This document shows positions 47,772 to 57,327 of a DNA stretch of 64,000 bases, one piece after another. The stretch comes from Clostridiales bacterium (GTDB lineage: Bacteria > Bacillota > Clostridia > Lachnospirales > WQUN01). How positions within the stretch are numbered: the first letter of the stretch is position 1; the number at the start of each line of letters is the position of its first letter. The DNA is taken from the NCBI GenBank assembly GCA_031270945.1, contig JAISWZ010000531.1, positions 13,473 through 77,472 of the forward strand, written 5' to 3'. The position numbers and the translations under genes were made by a program. The notes beneath the pieces are model-generated. The model was not told where the DNA came from and made no database searches. It saw only the letters and a list, made by a program, of their open reading frames with translations.

Positions 47772-48143
47772 TTGGAAGCATCTAGCGAATGGAGGGCTGA
47801 ATCATTGACTACTAATATGATAGTTGACGATGAAAGAAAGCGCCTTTTGGCAAATGCAGTCTTGCGATTGGACCATGCCCGAGAAATGAGGATACAGGCC
47901 AAAATAATAGCGGATTTGGAAGAAAAATGCAAAGTCAAAGCTGAAGAGATTAGAATTTTAAGGGAAGAAAATAAAGATCGCGCTCAATGGTTTGCAGCCT
48001 TGGTTGAATCTGATAAAGCTGAGGCTGAAGAGAGAAAGGCCAGAGAAGAGATCTTTGAGTCTCTTGAGTTTGACAAGATAATAAGGGAGAAAATTGAGTC
48101 TTTGGCAAAAATCACTCCGATCACTTCGGCAAGAGAAAGTTAA
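47772..48143 (+). CDS. small coiled-coil protein (start uncertain)
   Basis: 123-aa charged helical ORF between the two paralogues. TTG 47772 and ATG 47817 both lack a convincing SD. Confidence 0.35.
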   Translation: MEASSEWRAESLTTNMIVDDERKRLLANAVLRLDHAREMRIQAKIIADLEEKCKVKAEEIRILREENKDRAQWFAALVESDKAEAEERKAREEIFESLEFDKIIREKIESLAKITPITSARES

Positions 48144-48196
48144 GGTGTTTAGGATACAAGCTTGCTGTTGAGAAAGTTGAGAAAGGAAAGCTTATA

Positions 48197-48490
48197 ATGA
48201 AGTTGTCTGCCGTAATTGAAGAGAAATACAAGTTGTTCAAGAATAATAAGAAATTAAAAGAAAAAATCGCCGAATTAAACAAGAAGTTAGAAGCCAAGGA
48301 CTGTGAGCAAAAAGACAGGGACGCCGACCTGAGACGCAAGGATGCTGAGCTGAAGCACAAGGATAAGATGTTTGAAAGCAAGGACAGAGTGATCGCAAGC
48401 AAGGATGAAAGCATCGAGATTTTAGACGCTACGCTGCAGTTTGTCTTGTCAAGAGCCGAGAACGAGAACGCGATTCCAATATCCAATTAA
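48197..48490 (+). CDS. small coiled-coil protein (paralogue A')
   Basis: 97 aa, roughly half identical by eye to the 47470 ORF over the central 70 aa. ATG after GAAAGGAAAG. Confidence 0.45.
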   Translation: MKLSAVIEEKYKLFKNNKKLKEKIAELNKKLEAKDCEQKDRDADLRRKDAELKHKDKMFESKDRVIASKDESIEILDATLQFVLSRAENENAIPISN

Positions 48491-48513
48491 CAGCCCGACA
48501 CGTCCTAACACTC

Positions 48514-48542
48514 AAAGCCCCAGCCATTGACTGGGGCTTTTC
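48514..48542. terminator. bidirectional terminator between the coiled-coil genes (+) and GH2 (-)
   Basis: AAAGCCCCAG-ccattga-CTGGGGCTTTT. Confidence 0.7.
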
Positions 48543-48576
48543 ATATCCGTGAGAAGCTTTCACTGCATGCCAGCTA

Positions 48577-51036
48577 TCAGCTAATGTCAAAAACGCTCCT
48601 AACCTTCAACCCCGACGGATCCCCTTTGAGGATCTTCACTGTCTTCACCCCAGCATTTATGCTGAAGAAGTTGTCGTCAAGGAGAAGATCCGGGTCATCG
48701 CTGTAGATCTCAACTGACATGGCAAGAGCCTGGGCGGTGACGGTCACTTCTTTGCCGCATTCGGACAATGAGACAGAAAGCTTTGGATCAATGAACTCAA
48801 AGTGCTTGGGCGGGCTGAACAGCACGACGTTTGAGGAGACAAGCTCTCCGTCTGACTCAAACGAGACATGGACGTAGTTGCTTTTCATGTCGGCGGTCGG
48901 GAGATCCACTTTGTCAAGCCAGAGGCTTGAAAGCGGAGCTACAATGACCGGAGAAGAAGACTCTTCAATGATCGATGAGTCTGGGTTTCTCAGCTGCCAG
49001 CTTACAACGCCTTGGACCTCTTTCAGTGTTTCGTTGGAGACGCAAGCCTTGAAGCTCTTCTCGTAAACGAAAGGCTCGGTGTTAACGTTTGCGCCTTGGG
49101 TATCAAAGCTTTCTTCTTGCGCCGATACCAGGACGGGGGCGAAGAAGCGCTTCGCGCTGTATTGAAGGGCTTTCCAGCGCCCGAAATAGTCAATGGAAGC
49201 CCAGGATGCAACCGGCCAGCAGTCGTTGAGCTGCCAATAGACAGCGCCCATGCAGCGGCCCCTGTTTCTCCTGAAGTGCTCAACTCCGTACCTAACTGCG
49301 TCCGCTTGCAGGAGCTGGGTTGCGTAGACCAGTTCCTCAAAGCCCTTGGGGTACCTGTAGGTCAGCCCCATGTAGCGCAAAATCGTGCCGTTTGCGGACT
49401 TGTTGCGCTGGTGCTTCTCCATTACGTAGGAGAACATGTTCCTGTCTTCCGGCAGGGTGAAAGTTTCAATTGTTTTTACGCTCGGGAGCGACTGGAAGCC
49501 AAACTCTGAAGCGAAGCGGAAGAAGTGTTTGCGGTATGCAGTGAACGGCAAGCCTCCATGCCATACTTCCCAGTAGTGGGCGTCGCCCCTGTTCTCGTCG
49601 TTTGGAGCGTCAAAGCTTCCGCCTGATGATGGCGAGGCTGGCCAATAGAAAGTCTGCGGCGCGTGAAGCTTGACCAGATCAGGCATTATTGACTGGTAGA
49701 GCCTGAAGTAGTCCCCAAGCTGCTTGGGAGTGTAGTTCCAAGATCTGAAGCCCAGCTGAGCCTTTCTGCCGCGAAGTGATATCTCTTGATTGTCCAGCAT
49801 CTGCCACTCCATCTCGTTGTTGCCGCAGAAGAGCCCCAACGACGGGTGGTGCCTAAGCCTCTTTATGTTCTGCTCAATCTCCGACCTGAATGACGCCTCG
49901 AACTCCGGCGTAAGGTCAATGACAGCGCATGCCACCATAAAGTCCTGCCAGACAAGCAGTCCCAGCTCATCGCAAGCGTCATAGAACCAGTCGAACGGGT
50001 AGAAGCCGCCGCCCCAAATGCGTATGCAGTTCATGTTCGCCAGCGCCGCAGACTCAAGTAGCTCCCTGGTTCTCTCTGCAGTCATCCTGGGAAGGAGGTG
50101 ATCTTCTGGAATGTAGTCAGCGCCCATGGCAAAGACAGAGTATCCGTTCACGTTTATCTCAAAGGACTCGCCCCACTCGTCTTTCTCCTTGCGGACAGTC
50201 ACGTCCCTGATTCCAATCCTTCTTTTCCAAGAGTCTATCTTTTCCCCGTCCTTGAGCAGGTCAACCTCTACAGAGTAAAGCGGGTGATCGCCATAGCCGT
50301 TGGGATGCCACAGCTGCGGGTACGGGATTTCAATTCGAAGCCCATCAGCCTCAAATATCTCGCCTGATGGAGAGATTGCCCTGGCCTCGTAGGTGTAATT
50401 GCCAGACCGCTTTATCGATGGTTCCGGAACAAGCAAAAGCACCGCCAGCAAATCGGTGTGGCTCTGCGACACAAGCACGTCAGGCAGGGTAGCCCCTTCG
50501 TCAACCTCAAAGTACATGTCCTTCCAGATGCCAGCGTCAGGCAGCCTCGCGCCCCAGTCCCAGCCAAACATGCAGTGGGCTTTTCTTAAGTGCGCGAACC
50601 CTTTCATTGCGTCTGAGGATCCGTCAGCGAAGCTTATCTCGTTCAACTCTTTTATGCGCTTCGTAGGAGACTTCAGCCTCACTGAGAGCAGAGCTTTGGT
50701 TCCCTTTGGAAGCCCCAGCTCATAGCTGTAGCGCAGGTGCATGTTGTCCGCTGTCCCGATCAGCCTTCCGTCTAACGCAAGCTCGGCCACTGTGTCCAAG
50801 CCCTCGCAAACCAGCCTTGCGCCGTCTTCCGGGATTTCAATCTCTCTTGAGTAGGTGTAATCATAGCCAATCAGTTTCAGGGCAGCTTCTTCGTTGTCCC
50901 GCCAATAGGGATCTTCCATGAGGCCAGCGTCAAGAAGGGCTGAGTAAACAGATCCTGGAACTCTCGCGGGGATGGAGCTAGGTATGGTTCCCCCAGATAG
51001 GGCCCATTCTCCGCCTAAACTTGATGTCTTTTTCAT
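48577..51036 (-). CDS. glycoside hydrolase family 2, beta-mannosidase-like
   Basis: N-terminus GGEW..SIPARVPGSVYSALLDAGLMEDPYWRDNE is typical of GH2 beta-mannosidases; NCIRIWGGG, GNNEMEW and YWEVWHG blocks. ATG at 51036; the longer ORF runs into a repeat. Confidence 0.78.
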   Translation of the reverse strand: MKKTSSLGGEWALSGGTIPSSIPARVPGSVYSALLDAGLMEDPYWRDNEEAALKLIGYDYTYSREIEIPEDGARLVCEGLDTVAELALDGRLIGTADNMHLRYSYELGLPKGTKALLSVRLKSPTKRIKELNEISFADGSSDAMKGFAHLRKAHCMFGWDWGARLPDAGIWKDMYFEVDEGATLPDVLVSQSHTDLLAVLLLVPEPSIKRSGNYTYEARAISPSGEIFEADGLRIEIPYPQLWHPNGYGDHPLYSVEVDLLKDGEKIDSWKRRIGIRDVTVRKEKDEWGESFEINVNGYSVFAMGADYIPEDHLLPRMTAERTRELLESAALANMNCIRIWGGGFYPFDWFYDACDELGLLVWQDFMVACAVIDLTPEFEASFRSEIEQNIKRLRHHPSLGLFCGNNEMEWQMLDNQEISLRGRKAQLGFRSWNYTPKQLGDYFRLYQSIMPDLVKLHAPQTFYWPASPSSGGSFDAPNDENRGDAHYWEVWHGGLPFTAYRKHFFRFASEFGFQSLPSVKTIETFTLPEDRNMFSYVMEKHQRNKSANGTILRYMGLTYRYPKGFEELVYATQLLQADAVRYGVEHFRRNRGRCMGAVYWQLNDCWPVASWASIDYFGRWKALQYSAKRFFAPVLVSAQEESFDTQGANVNTEPFVYEKSFKACVSNETLKEVQGVVSWQLRNPDSSIIEESSSPVIVAPLSSLWLDKVDLPTADMKSNYVHVSFESDGELVSSNVVLFSPPKHFEFIDPKLSVSLSECGKEVTVTAQALAMSVEIYSDDPDLLLDDNFFSINAGVKTVKILKGDPSGLKVRSVFDIS

Positions 51037-51092
51037 AAACACGTTTTCACGCGCCAATGGCGCGTCTCCTTTCGGATCAGGCTCGCAGGATA

Positions 51093-51203
51093 AGAGCATA
51101 TCTTGAAAAAGTCCAGGTGTTTGCTCGCGGAATCCCGAGCAAACATAGTTAAAGCATCGCTGAGACTTTTTCGGCGCCTTAACGGAGTTTTGGGATATGC
51201 GCT
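51093..51203. repeat. MITE/REP-like element (left terminus degenerate)
   Basis: AAGAGCATATCTTGAAAAAG...GTTTGCTCGCGGAATCCCGAGCAAAC...GGAGTTTTGGGATATGCGCT. Confidence 0.7.
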
Positions 51204-51399
51204 AGGGCCTGCGGCTTATCGGTATCAATATATCACAGTTCCTTAAGGATTAATAGTGGAAAATAAGAGCCAAAAATCTCGGCATGCAGACGAGATTTTT
51301 GGCCTTTAGGCGAAAATATAAGGATGAGGCGTTAGCCTCATCCTTATATAAATCTTTTTCTTTTGAGCCAGCAACGGAAGGCCCTATGTAACGACTGGG

Positions 51400-52749
51400 C
51401 TATTCTTTGTCCAAGACCGCTACCACGGCGTTTTCCAGCCTGTGCTCCTTGATGTCGGTTACTTTTATGGCAAGGCCGTATTCCTCAATCTCAGGCGTTT
51501 GGCCGTCATCTGGAACAGTGCCCAAAATGCCAAGCACCATGCCAGCGAATGTCTGGTACTCCTCGTCAGGAAGGGGGATTGCCAAGCTTGCGGAAACCAA
51601 GTCCAGAGGGGCGCTTCCGCTTATCCTCCAGGTCTTGGAATCTATGCGCTCGATAAGGGGCTCATCTTCAGGTATGCTGGAGTCGTCTTCAAGATCTCCG
51701 ACGATCTCTTCCAGCAGGTCGTTCATTGTCACAACTCCGCTCATCCCGCCATACTCGTCAAGCACTACGGCAAAATGGTTCCGGCTCTTTTTCATGTTCT
51801 TGAAAAGAACGTCGGCATGAACAGACTCGGGAACAAACTGGGGCGGCCTTACCGCCTTCTTCAAGACTTCCTCCCTTGATCTCTCCTTAAGTCGGAAGAA
51901 GTCCTTCGCATACAAGACTCCGTATATGTCGTCCGCGCTTTCATCGCATATAGGATAGCAAGAGTAGCGGCTTTCCTCGATGGTGACCTGCCATTCCTCA
52001 TCGCTTTCCTCAAGCCAGAGCATAGACACTTCCGTGCGGTGAGTCATTATCTCGTTTGCCGTCTTGTCGTCAAACTCGAAGACGTTGTTTATGAAATACT
52101 TTTCGTCCTCGTCTATCGCGCCTTTCTCGCTTCCGACATCAACCATCATCCGGATTTCCTCTTCTGAAATCTCATCCCCTTGCGCGTGGGGGTCTACCCT
52201 CATAAGGCGCAAAAGGCCGTTTGTGGATTTTGTCAAAAGCCAAACGACAGGCGAGGCTGCCTTGGATAGGGCGTATATTAGGCCTGACAGCGCCAAGCCG
52301 AGCTTTTCAGCGTTTTGCATCGCCACTCTTTTGGGCACGAGCTCGCCAACTACCAATGAAAAGTAGGACAGAATCAGGGTAATGGCAACTATGGAAAACG
52401 GCTCAAGCGTATCCATGGAAACCATAGGGAAGATTCCTTGCAGCCACCCTGACAGCCTCTCGGAAAAGTTCCCCGCCGCGAAGGCGCTTCCCAAGTAGCC
52501 AGCCAATGTGATTCCGATCTGTATGGTGGCCAGGAACTTCGCTGGCTGGCTTGTGAGGCTTTTAAGCTTCTGGGCCCTCTTGTCGCCAGTGGCCGCCATT
52601 TTGTCCAGCTTGTTGTCATTTATTGATATTATCGCTATCTCGGCGCACGCGAATACCGCGTTGAGCGCCACGAGAGCCACTTGCAGCAAGAGCTGCGATA
52701 ATAGGGGATCATCTTCTGGCAATTCCATAGCCTCCAGTTCTTGCCTCAT
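51400..52749 (-). CDS. HlyC/CorC (CNNM/TlyC) family transporter: DUF21 membrane domain, CBS pair, CorC_HlyC domain
   Basis: LNAVFACAEIAIISIN.. DUF21 start, central IMTHRTEV../HFAVVLDEYGGMSGVVTMNDLLEEIVG CBS pair, C-terminal transporter-associated domain. Confidence 0.85.
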   Translation of the reverse strand: MRQELEAMELPEDDPLLSQLLLQVALVALNAVFACAEIAIISINDNKLDKMAATGDKRAQKLKSLTSQPAKFLATIQIGITLAGYLGSAFAAGNFSERLSGWLQGIFPMVSMDTLEPFSIVAITLILSYFSLVVGELVPKRVAMQNAEKLGLALSGLIYALSKAASPVVWLLTKSTNGLLRLMRVDPHAQGDEISEEEIRMMVDVGSEKGAIDEDEKYFINNVFEFDDKTANEIMTHRTEVSMLWLEESDEEWQVTIEESRYSCYPICDESADDIYGVLYAKDFFRLKERSREEVLKKAVRPPQFVPESVHADVLFKNMKKSRNHFAVVLDEYGGMSGVVTMNDLLEEIVGDLEDDSSIPEDEPLIERIDSKTWRISGSAPLDLVSASLAIPLPDEEYQTFAGMVLGILGTVPDDGQTPEIEEYGLAIKVTDIKEHRLENAVVAVLDKE

Positions 52750-52772
52750 TGCCGATGAACTGGCAAGCTCTT

Positions 52773-52832
52773 AGCGCATATCCCAAAATTCCATCTTTCA
52801 CAAGCCATAAAATTAATTTTGGGATATGATCT
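52773..52832. repeat. short MITE/REP-like palindromic element
   Basis: AGCGCATATCCCAAAATTCC...CACAAGCCATAAAATTAATTTTGGGATATGATC. Confidence 0.85.
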
Positions 52833-53237
52833 TAACCGATGACGCTTGCATGTGGAATTTTCTTATAGTTGCCCGCCTCAGAACCCAGTCGGGCCGCTCC
52901 CGCTAACGATAAGAATATTCTAAATCATGCCGATCATCAGTATAACCGAGCTTGCCCATGCGCCCTTTGCGGGCCGCTTTTGTGAAAAACGAAAAGCATG
53001 GCTTTCCGCTTGCTATTGCAGCGCACCCCAATCAAAACTAAGAGGCAGGGATACGCATTTAGTATGTCCCTTTAGAGCAGAGTTTCATTAACTAAAATCT
53101 CCCATGCGCCCTCTAGGGATTAGCCGCGCCTAGCGCGTCAAATCAAACGCATTTGCATCTCTCTCTTTCTGTCTGCGCGGCTTTGCCGCTAAATGCCGCT
53201 ATTGTACGGCCAGCAAAAGAACTAAGCGCTTATATAA

Positions 53238-53360
53238 GGCATATGCCAATCGAATCCCGGATTTGAAGCCCGGGCCGGTTTGCTTCTTGCAAAAGTCACG
53301 CGTTAAAGCGTCTCGATGACTTTGCTGCGCCTTTGATGGAATTTCGCGTATGCGCCTAGT
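53238..53360. repeat. degenerate, inverted copy of the GCTTTAACGCGT-class element
   Basis: GGCATATGCCAATCG...AAAGTCACGCGTTAAAGCG...GGAATTTCGCGTATGCGCC. The internal module is recognisable but the termini are decayed. Confidence 0.4.
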
Positions 53361-53548
53361 CTTGCCGCTCGCCAGCACCAAGTATCAATAATGAGTATAC
53401 TAGAAGACGCGAATAAAATCAACATTATGGGCACAAACCAAATTTATTTTTGTGGCGCGCCTTGAAATTTCGAGCCAAGCCCTTATTAAAATTTGCGCGA
53501 ATGCCGCACTTGCGCCATTTGGCTGAAAATGCAAATTTATGGTGAGTC

Positions 53549-53576
53549 TTGCGAATTGGCGTGGTTATGCTATAAT
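53549..53576 (+). promoter_or_regulatory. candidate sigma-A promoter of the SWIM protein gene
   Basis: TTGCGA - 16 nt (ending TGC) - TATAAT. Confidence 0.4.
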
Positions 53577-53748
53577 ATATTGGCGATATAAGAGAGTTGC
53601 GGCGTGTCCAAAAGCGTTAAAAAGGATCAAAAGGGCTTAAAAAGGCTTAAAATAAAGTCTTTTGCCAATTTCAGCGCCTGTTTTAAGCTTTGGGATGCCA
53701 TTTTTGCGCAAGGCGCGCAAACTTGCGCCTTGCATTGGGAGGATTGCC

Positions 53749-55353
53749 ATGAATCTGCGAAACTTTGAAGAATGCGCAGATCCGAAAGCGCTGGAGAGCG
53801 GGCATGCCTGCTTCTTGGGCAGCGCCATGAAGCCGGTCCGCTATGAGGGCGGACAATGGATATCTGCGCTTAAAGAGGATGAGGACTGTGAGGTCCGCGT
53901 CAATCTCACTGAAAAAGACGACATATTAAGCTCGGCATGCTCATGCCAGGATGGAGGGAAGCTCTGCTCGCACCAGGTTGCGGTAATGTATGAGCTCCGC
54001 AAGGTAGACAGGGCCAGGGCCCAACGGTTGCCTGATCTGGCGGCTAAGCTTGTGGAGCTGGACAAGCACGAGCTTGTGAGCCTGCTTCTCAGGTGCGCCG
54101 AGAGCGACAAAGAGGTAATGGCTGAGCTTATGATGATCAAGGCGGGAGAGCGCGAAGCGCTGGCCATGGCTCGGGAGATGGTGAAGGCCTCAATTGAGAA
54201 GCGCTCGGAGCGCGGCTACGTGAAGTACTCAGAAGTCGAAAGCGCCGTGAAAGGCGCCGAAAAGGTCCTGGATAACCTCAGGGGCAGCGGCTACAGCATA
54301 AGCGCTAAGATCAAGATCGCTGAAATTGTTATAGAAGAGATGATGGCGCTCCTGGGAGACGCTGATGACTCATCCGGCCACATTTGCACAATGGTTGAGC
54401 AGGCTGTTGAGATTCTTGCGGCCATGCCCGAAGAGCCTGGGTTTGACGACTTTGGAAGCATCTTTTCCATAGCTGTCAACTCTGTGTTTGACGGCTGGTC
54501 TGAATGGCGCTTCGCGCTCTTGGAATCCCTGATCCCCATGTGCCACAGCAAGGATCTGCGCGAGCGCCTGGAGGGCTGCCTGAACCAGATTTCAGGAAAG
54601 AAGAAATCGTCCAAGTACGACAAGGAAAAAGCGGAGCAGATGATGCACGACCTGATTCTGGCGTTTGACGGAGAAAGCGCTGCTTGGAGCTACATATGCA
54701 TGCACTTGTCCAATAGCGAGTTCAGGGAGATGGCGATAGAAGCCACGCTTGAGAAAAACGACGCTCAAGCGGCGCTAGAGCTTTGCCTTGCCGGCGAGCT
54801 CGAAGACAGCGAGCTCTCGGGCCTTGTAGAGAAATGGAAAAAGTTGCGCTACCGCGCTTGCGGGATCTTGGGGGACACCCAGTCCCAGAAGAAGATTGCG
54901 CTTGAGTTTGCCAGGGACAGCGACCACTTTTACTTCACTGAGCTCAAAAGGCTGACAGCTCCCGAAGAGTGGGCCAAGACCTTAAACAAGTTCCTGGATG
55001 ACCACGGAGCGAAGCTCAGGCAAAGCGTTCTGGAAAAGATCCTGGTCCAAGAAGGGCTCACTGCCAGGCTCATGGCATTTTGCAAGAAGCATCCCGAGAA
55101 GGTGACTACGCACCACAGGCTGCTTGTCCCGGAATTTGAGGAAGAAGCATGCGCCCTGTTTGAAGACCAGATCAAAGTGGAGGCCCTGAAGGCCTCAAAC
55201 CGCACCCAGTACGCCAGCGTCTGCAACCTGGTAGAGGAGTTCGCGAAAACCTTTGGCAAGCAGAGGGGCGAGAAGATCCTTCACAGCCTGCTTAGCGTTT
55301 ACAGCAAAAGAGCCGCCTTCAAGGAAGAGCTCAAACAGATCTCTTTGCTTTAG
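53749..55353 (+). CDS. SWIM zinc-finger domain protein
   Basis: CSCQDGGKLCSHQVAVMYEL (CxC..CxH SWIM motif) followed by a long helical-repeat region. ATG at 53749 after GGGAGG. Confidence 0.7.
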   Translation: MNLRNFEECADPKALESGHACFLGSAMKPVRYEGGQWISALKEDEDCEVRVNLTEKDDILSSACSCQDGGKLCSHQVAVMYELRKVDRARAQRLPDLAAKLVELDKHELVSLLLRCAESDKEVMAELMMIKAGEREALAMAREMVKASIEKRSERGYVKYSEVESAVKGAEKVLDNLRGSGYSISAKIKIAEIVIEEMMALLGDADDSSGHICTMVEQAVEILAAMPEEPGFDDFGSIFSIAVNSVFDGWSEWRFALLESLIPMCHSKDLRERLEGCLNQISGKKKSSKYDKEKAEQMMHDLILAFDGESAAWSYICMHLSNSEFREMAIEATLEKNDAQAALELCLAGELEDSELSGLVEKWKKLRYRACGILGDTQSQKKIALEFARDSDHFYFTELKRLTAPEEWAKTLNKFLDDHGAKLRQSVLEKILVQEGLTARLMAFCKKHPEKVTTHHRLLVPEFEEEACALFEDQIKVEALKASNRTQYASVCNLVEEFAKTFGKQRGEKILHSLLSVYSKRAAFKEELKQISLL

Positions 55354-55354
55354 G

Positions 55355-55450
55355 CGGCACCCAAAATTCAAAAAAGGGCGAAGGAAAAGTCATGCGATGC
55401 TTTAACGCATTACTTTTCCAAGCCCTATAATAAATTGTGGGATATGCACT
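55355..55450. repeat. MITE/REP-like element (GCTTTAACGC class, left terminus decayed)
   Basis: GCGGCACCCAAAATTC...GCTTTAACGCATTACTTTTCCAAGCCC...AAATTGTGGGATATGCACT. Starts 2 nt after the SWIM gene stop. Confidence 0.75.
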
Positions 55451-55558
55451 AATAAAAAAGATTGCCGCAAGCCATCCAGGATAAAAAGCGCCGCTTGGAA
55501 ATACCAAGACGGCGCTTTTTTGCCCCTTTCGAAGCTCGAGGTAATGGCGCTGGCTGCT

Positions 55559-55846
55559 CTATTGCTTCATCCCTACCTTCTTCATGAGATATTCGGAGAA
55601 CAAATCGATTACTGAAGGTCCTATCCAACCGCACAAACCCGAGAAGGCGAATGCGAGGTTAGCCTCGAGATGAATGCTCGCGGTTATGAAGTAGTTCATA
55701 GCGCCTATAAATGCTGCTATCGCGCAACCTTTGAGCAAAGCCACGTTGCCAAGCCTCTTGTTCTCCTTGCTGTACAGCTGCCTGGCAAGGCCCCCGAAAG
55801 ACGCGAGAAGAACCTGGATTAGAACCATGTATGCGGCTTCAATCAC
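55559..55846 (-). CDS. small 3-TM membrane protein (holin-like topology, unassigned)
   Basis: 95 aa with three hydrophobic helices and a basic C-tail. 4-nt overlap with the upstream ORF. Confidence 0.45.
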   Translation of the reverse strand: MIEAAYMVLIQVLLASFGGLARQLYSKENKRLGNVALLKGCAIAAFIGAMNYFITASIHLEANLAFAFSGLCGWIGPSVIDLFSEYLMKKVGMKQ

Positions 55847-56496
55847 GTAGCATCCTCCGTCCTTGTAGGTGGATCGGTCTTGTCGTCCTTTTTCAAGTTG
55901 GTTGTGATTTGGTTAACCAGGACAAAATCGAGGATTGAGGTGAGCATGACTATGAATATGCCAGCCATGAAAACCCCGTCAGCAACGCTGTCTCCAATCG
56001 CGCTTTCGGATACGCCTACCACTACGAGAAAGCGGTTTTTCAGTGCGCTGTCGGACGGTATCCATCGGTAATGGACCTTCATTGTCTCTCCGTCGACAAG
56101 AATCTCTGTGTCTCCGGATCTGCCGGTTGAGATGAAACGGCTTATCGTCAGATTCTTTAAAGGATCAAACTTCAGCTCCGTTTGCGGGGACAGCCGGTTC
56201 AGGCTGCCGTCATAAAGAACCGCCAAATCCGCTGACTGGTTTGAAATCATTGTTTCCACTGATATTTCTAAGTGCCTCTTGTAGTAAGCATATTCCTCTA
56301 TCCAGTCGTTGTCTTGCGCTATAAAGCCATCAGTGAGCTCTGACATCAGGTTGACTTCCCCTTTCACGGACCTGAATGCCGTCTTGAACCTGGAGTCATA
56401 GAACAGTCCGTGAAGTGTGACAAAGAAGAAGCTGAGCGCTATCATCAAGAGCAGAGGCAAAAGATAAATATATCTTAGAATTTTGCTTTTAAGCAT
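55843..56496 (-). CDS. bitopic membrane protein with an extracytoplasmic domain of about 140 aa
   Basis: N-terminal TM (YIYLLPLLLMIALSFFFV), second TM near the C-terminus. SD AGGGGG lies 8 nt upstream of the ATG. Confidence 0.5.
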   Translation of the reverse strand: MLKSKILRYIYLLPLLLMIALSFFFVTLHGLFYDSRFKTAFRSVKGEVNLMSELTDGFIAQDNDWIEEYAYYKRHLEISVETMISNQSADLAVLYDGSLNRLSPQTELKFDPLKNLTISRFISTGRSGDTEILVDGETMKVHYRWIPSDSALKNRFLVVVGVSESAIGDSVADGVFMAGIFIVMLTSILDFVLVNQITTNLKKDDKTDPPTRTEDAT

Positions 56497-56749
56497 GCCA
56501 TTTACCCCCTTTAGACAAATCCAGGCGGCAGCCCTTGCCCGCCTGGCGCGCGTTCGCGCGGCGGTGGTCTTGTTATCAATCTATGGCGCAAGCTGAAAAA
56601 AGTGATACATGTTGCGTTAAGATTTGTGGCAAGCGCTTCGCCAGGCTGAAGAGGAGGGTAAGGCGGGAGGCGTTTCGAAACTCATGGGTTCTTGGTTTCA
56701 TGAATTCTGGAATCGTCCTTAAAAGCGTGTTTAGGGCGAAGGCTTGTCT

Positions 56750-56870
56750 GAGCGCATATCCCAAAATTCCATAAAAGGTGCCGGATGCTTCAACAGTGTT
56801 TGTCTCGGGCTTCATCGGGCAAACTTGTGCGGCTTTTCCAGCGCCATAAAATTGATTTGTGATATGCTCT
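56750..56870. repeat. MITE/REP-like palindromic element
   Basis: GAGCGCATATCCCAAAATTCC...GTTTGTCTCGGGCTTCATCGGGCAAAC...AAAATTGATTTGTGATATGCTCT. Confidence 0.8.
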
Positions 56871-57327
56871 TAGGCTGTAAATGCGTTCGACCTTCGTCTT
56901 GAACGAAATTCTTTGTCTTTTGCATTAAGCGGGCGCATAGCGCCCGCTTATATAAATCGCCTTGTTGCTCGCATATGGCTAATTGCTGCTGTACAAATGG
57001 AATCGCGCGCGACGCGCGCTTAGCCGGCCGAGAGCGCATGCTCCAGGGCCAGCGGCCGCAAGGCTTTTCTTGAGTGCTTCATCCAATTGCCATATGTACG
57101 TCTTATATAAATTTTTTTATATAAGCTTTTTTAGGGCTATACGTGCGGGGAAGCCTCAGATTGCGCGGGCAATCTGAGCTTCCTCTTAACGCTAGCGCCA
57201 GGGCTTGCACCATGCCCTGGCAGCGGAGTTTTCGCTTTTTGGGTTGGCCGTAAAAGTTTAGGGAAAAATCAGAAAATGCCAGCTTGAAAATCTCCAAAAA
57301 TTAGAATCGTTATTAGCGCCATCCTCC

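Noticed and set aside
47421-48486. Minus-strand ORFs 47421-47714 and 48121-48486, Ser/Leu/Phe-rich
   Set aside because: They are mirror ORFs produced by the purine-rich (GAA/AAG) coiled-coil coding sequence on the plus strand. The plus-strand versions have SD-like sequences and a paralogous relationship.
37053-48560. Integrase, att sites, transposase or toxin-antitoxin genes marking the defence islet as a discrete mobile element
   Set aside because: I inspected both edges and all ORFs in the block. No recombinase-like ORF, tRNA target or flanking direct repeat longer than a few nt was found. Only copies of the host-wide palindromic repeat are present.
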